Assembly: GCF_009914755.1 (NCBI RefSeq)
Contig: NC_060941.1
Strand: one strand, 5' to 3'
Source of the DNA: the human T2T-CHM13v2.0 reference genome, Homo sapiens
Length of the DNA: 64,000 bases
Part shown: piece by piece, positions 60,561-64,000 of the stretch
How positions within the stretch are numbered: position 1 is the stretch's first letter
How the letters are laid out: the number at the start of each line of letters is the position of its first letter
The notes under the pieces: model-generated
The model's input: only the letters and a program-made list of their open reading frames with translations
The model's database searches: none
Told to the model about the DNA's origin: nothing
Made by a program: the position numbers and the translations under genes

Positions 60561-61472
60561 GGGGCCAAGGGAGTGAGGTGGGATCAGAAACCAAGGCCCT
60601 CAGATGTGTGTGTGGCAGGGAGGGTGGTGGGTAAGAAACTCATCAGTGCGGTTTCTGCACACGCCCTGTTTATCCAGGCCCTTTGATTCTCCCCAAGAGG
60701 GAGGAGACCAGCGAGGAGACCAGCATTGGGCAGAACAGAGAAAAGAGGTGGCAAATTATTACCCATTAAGTTCCAGAGCCACAGAAGCAGTTATAAAGTA
60801 GAAAGATTTGGGAAGAAGGTGTGATCAGCAGAAAGCAGATTTTCTTCCTCCCCTTCTGCTGGGACAGATGAAGATGTGGCGGGCACGGGGGATGGATGTA
60901 AGAGAAGCTGTGGTAGGGAGGGCTGACTAGGAAAAAATGGATGGTGGGGAAAACATACTAGTTAGCTCTTCAAAATTTATCCCAGTGCAGAGGAGTGCAG
61001 GTGAACGGACAGGAGATAAAGAGAGCAGATGAATCTCAGGGGCCAGGGACAAACCAGTAGTCAGGGCAGTGGGAGCCTGACACCAAAGGGGTGTGTCTCT
61101 GCCGGGGTCTGTGGACTTCAGGCTGGTGTTGGGTCCAGGAGGGTCTGACCCTGCAGTGGTGGACCAAGGTGGGGCTGAGGGGGTGAAGGGTGAGAGCACA
61201 GGCCTTCAAGAAGGTAAAGAGTTTGCCCATGGAGAAGAGGACATAGCGGAATCTACAAGAGGTCCTATCAGCTACCCCATGCTTGCTTCTAGGAACAAGG
61301 ACACGTGGTCAGAGGCACAAGGGAGTAATTGTCAGGGATCCAAGTCACTTGCAGAGGCCTTTCTGAATGGTGGGTTCTGAGGTGGCTGTATCCAGGTGTG
61401 GCGTCTCCACCCTTGGCCTTGCATGGAGAACCCAGGAAGCGAAGCTACAAGGGCAAAGCAGAAGGATGGGGA

Positions 61473-61821
61473 TGTAGGCAGTGACTGTGTCCCCCTAAAA
61501 TTCATATTGATGTTCTAATCCCTGGTACCTTGGAATGTGAATGTATTTGGAGATAGGGCCACTAAAAATGTCATTAAGATAAAATGAGCTCATGTGGTGG
61601 GTCCTAACCAATATGACTGGTGTGTTTACAAGAGATTAGGACACAGAAAACACACAGGCAGAGAGATGATCATGTGGACACACAGCAAGCCAAAGAGAGA
61701 GGCCACCAAAGAAACCAACTCTCAGAGTTCTAGCCTCCCAATCTGTGAGAAAATAAATTCTGTTGTTTAAGCCACCCAGCCTGTGGTACTTTGTTATGGC
61801 AGACCTGGCCAACTGTGAACA
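61473..61821 (+). mobile_element. MLT1B-type MaLR LTR
   Basis: tatttggagataggg...tgtgagaaaataaattctgttgtttaagccaccc. Confidence 0.75.
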
Positions 61822-62305
61822 ATGGCCATTTGATTTCTTCTCTCAGTAGATTCCAGGCATGCTGTCATTGCTTTGCAGATGCTTACTGAGCACTTGCTGG
61901 GTCCTGCACCCAGCTGGCTGCTAGGGATAGTGAGGGGCACGAGGCACTCTCTGCCCTTGCAGAGCTCACTGGAGGAATAAACCTTTGTAGAGGAAGGTTT
62001 GATGGGCTTTCCTGGAAGAAGTACTCATAGGAAAACCCAAAAGCTCAACAGATGCTGTCTCCTTGGTTAACATTAGGAGCTATGATCTCCATCTTCCCAT
62101 GGCATTAGAGGTTTAGATACTGAGGATCAGAGAGGCAAGTTCAGCATCAGAAGGCAGGAAGAGGCAGAAATCTGGACACCGATTCCTAACTCTAAAGCTG
62201 CGTCATCTCTAGTGCATCTCATCAGCTCTTCCCAATGGCACCAATCAACTTTAGCATACTGGCCAGCCGGAATAGATGTCCTTGGGCATTCTTAAGATCT
62301 GAGAC

Positions 62306-62855
62306 TGTGATGGTTAATTTTAGGGTATCAGCTTGACTGGGTTGAGGAATGCCTCAGTGGCTGGTGGCGTCCATCATTCCTGGGTGTGTCTGTGAGAGTG
62401 TTTCCAGAGGAGACTCACATGTGAGCCAGCGGGCTGAGAAGGAGACCCGTTCTCAGTGTGAGTGTGCACTGTCCAATCAGCTCAAGGCCAGGCTGGGGAC
62501 AAACAGGCAGAAGAAGGAGGATTCTCTCTCCCACCTTTCTGGAGCAGGATGCCTTTTCTCCTTGGACATCAGACTACAGGGTCTTTGGCTTTTGGATTCT
62601 AGGACTTGTACCAATGGCCTCCCGGGGCCCTCAGGCCTTCAGCCTCCAACGAAGGTCTGTGCTGTTGGCCTCCCTGATTCTGAGGCTTCTGGACTTGGAC
62701 TGAGGCATGCTACGGGCTTCTCTGATTCTCCAGCTTGTGGATGGCCTATCATGGGACTTCTCCACCTCTGTAATCACAAGGGCCAATGCCCCCTAATACC
62801 TTTCTTTTCATATATCCTACTGGTTCTGTCTGCCTGGGGAACCTTGACTAATACA
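62306..62855 (+). mobile_element. MLT2B/C-type HERV-L solo LTR
   Basis: TGTGATGGTTAATTTT...GACTAATACA. Confidence 0.75.
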
Positions 62856-63714
62856 GATATGGAGCATTTGAAATGAGAGGATTTCTGATCCTGTTCTTCA
62901 AGAAGCAGTAGGTCAGAGCATACCTCTTTAAAATAACTTCTGGATAGTTTCACAGTTAGAAAGAATCAGCTTCAGGTGATCTTGAAGATCCCACTTGGAT
63001 TCCACTCTCCAGCTCTCAGGAAGCTCTGGCTTCCTTACTTCTTCTGGGATTTTCCTTTCATGCTGGGGAGAGATGCTCCCTCACCACTACCCAGCCCATG
63101 GGACACACCGAGTCTGGTGGAGGATGCTGTGACCTGTGGTGCTTGTGATTGGTAAGCCTTGGGGCACTTGAGGGAGGGAGAGGAGAAGGTGGCTGCTTGA
63201 TAAGAAAGATGAGATGCATATAATTGCCACTGATATTTGCAGCCGCTGTAAATCCCCTCAAAGAGACCCTGAATCTCTAATGGGGCACTTTCACAGGGAG
63301 ATGGGATCCAGCTTGATTAATCAATTGTGGCTTCATTAGTTTCTCCCTGATATTTAATAGTAGTTAAAACCCAGCCCTCCAGGACCGGGCTTAGGCCACC
63401 CACACCAAGAGGAAAAGTGTCAGCCTGGGAGGGCTCAAGTCAACAAGGGACGGGGCTGGTTTTCCTCCTGTTAGGAGCAAATCTGTTCTCATGCTTCATT
63501 ACTTAATCAGTTGCTACAAGGGAAGATTAGATACAAAGATAGAGGATTAAACAAAAAACACTGGTAGTAAGACACTTAGAAAGTAGGGGAGAGAGAGAGC
63601 TGGCATTTACAGAGCACTCAGATCCCTCCTGAGCTTGAACCTTCTGGATTCTTCCTGAACATCTCTCTGCTATACATATATCACCTCATTTAGTCTTCAT
63701 CAAGAGCCTCCGAT

Positions 63715-64000
<286 letters not shown>

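Noticed and set aside
62349-62876. 175-aa ORF
   Set aside because: It lies almost entirely within an MLT2 LTR and has no recognisable domain.

Overview
Human (primate) genomic DNA. Bases 1-~23160 hold the 3' half of UTP18 (+ strand), a WD40-repeat subunit of the U3 snoRNP/SSU processome. Eight coding exons splice in frame via GT-AG introns to ...KALMYRLHHYSDF*, followed by a non-coding last exon with AATAAA. The remaining ~41 kb is intergenic and mostly transposon-derived. It contains a deeply nested ERV cluster (27.1-45.6 kb): a complete MER4-type provirus inside a MER4E-like LTR, itself carrying a full-length L1PA7-like element, an MLT2A1 LTR and 9 Alus. It also contains an L1(+)/SVA/L1(-) junction (52.2-58.3 kb). 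I see no new gene system. Three observations stand out: (1) an SVA 3' fragment with no target-site duplication joins two 3'-truncated L1s, which suggests an SVA-insertion-mediated deletion; (2) two neighbouring L1s share the same ORF1 nonsense codon and several other atypical variants, which suggests local copying or gene conversion; (3) an L1 ORF0/antisense-promoter module is intact and points into unique flanking DNA. Repeat subfamily names come from remembered consensus sequences, not a database search.
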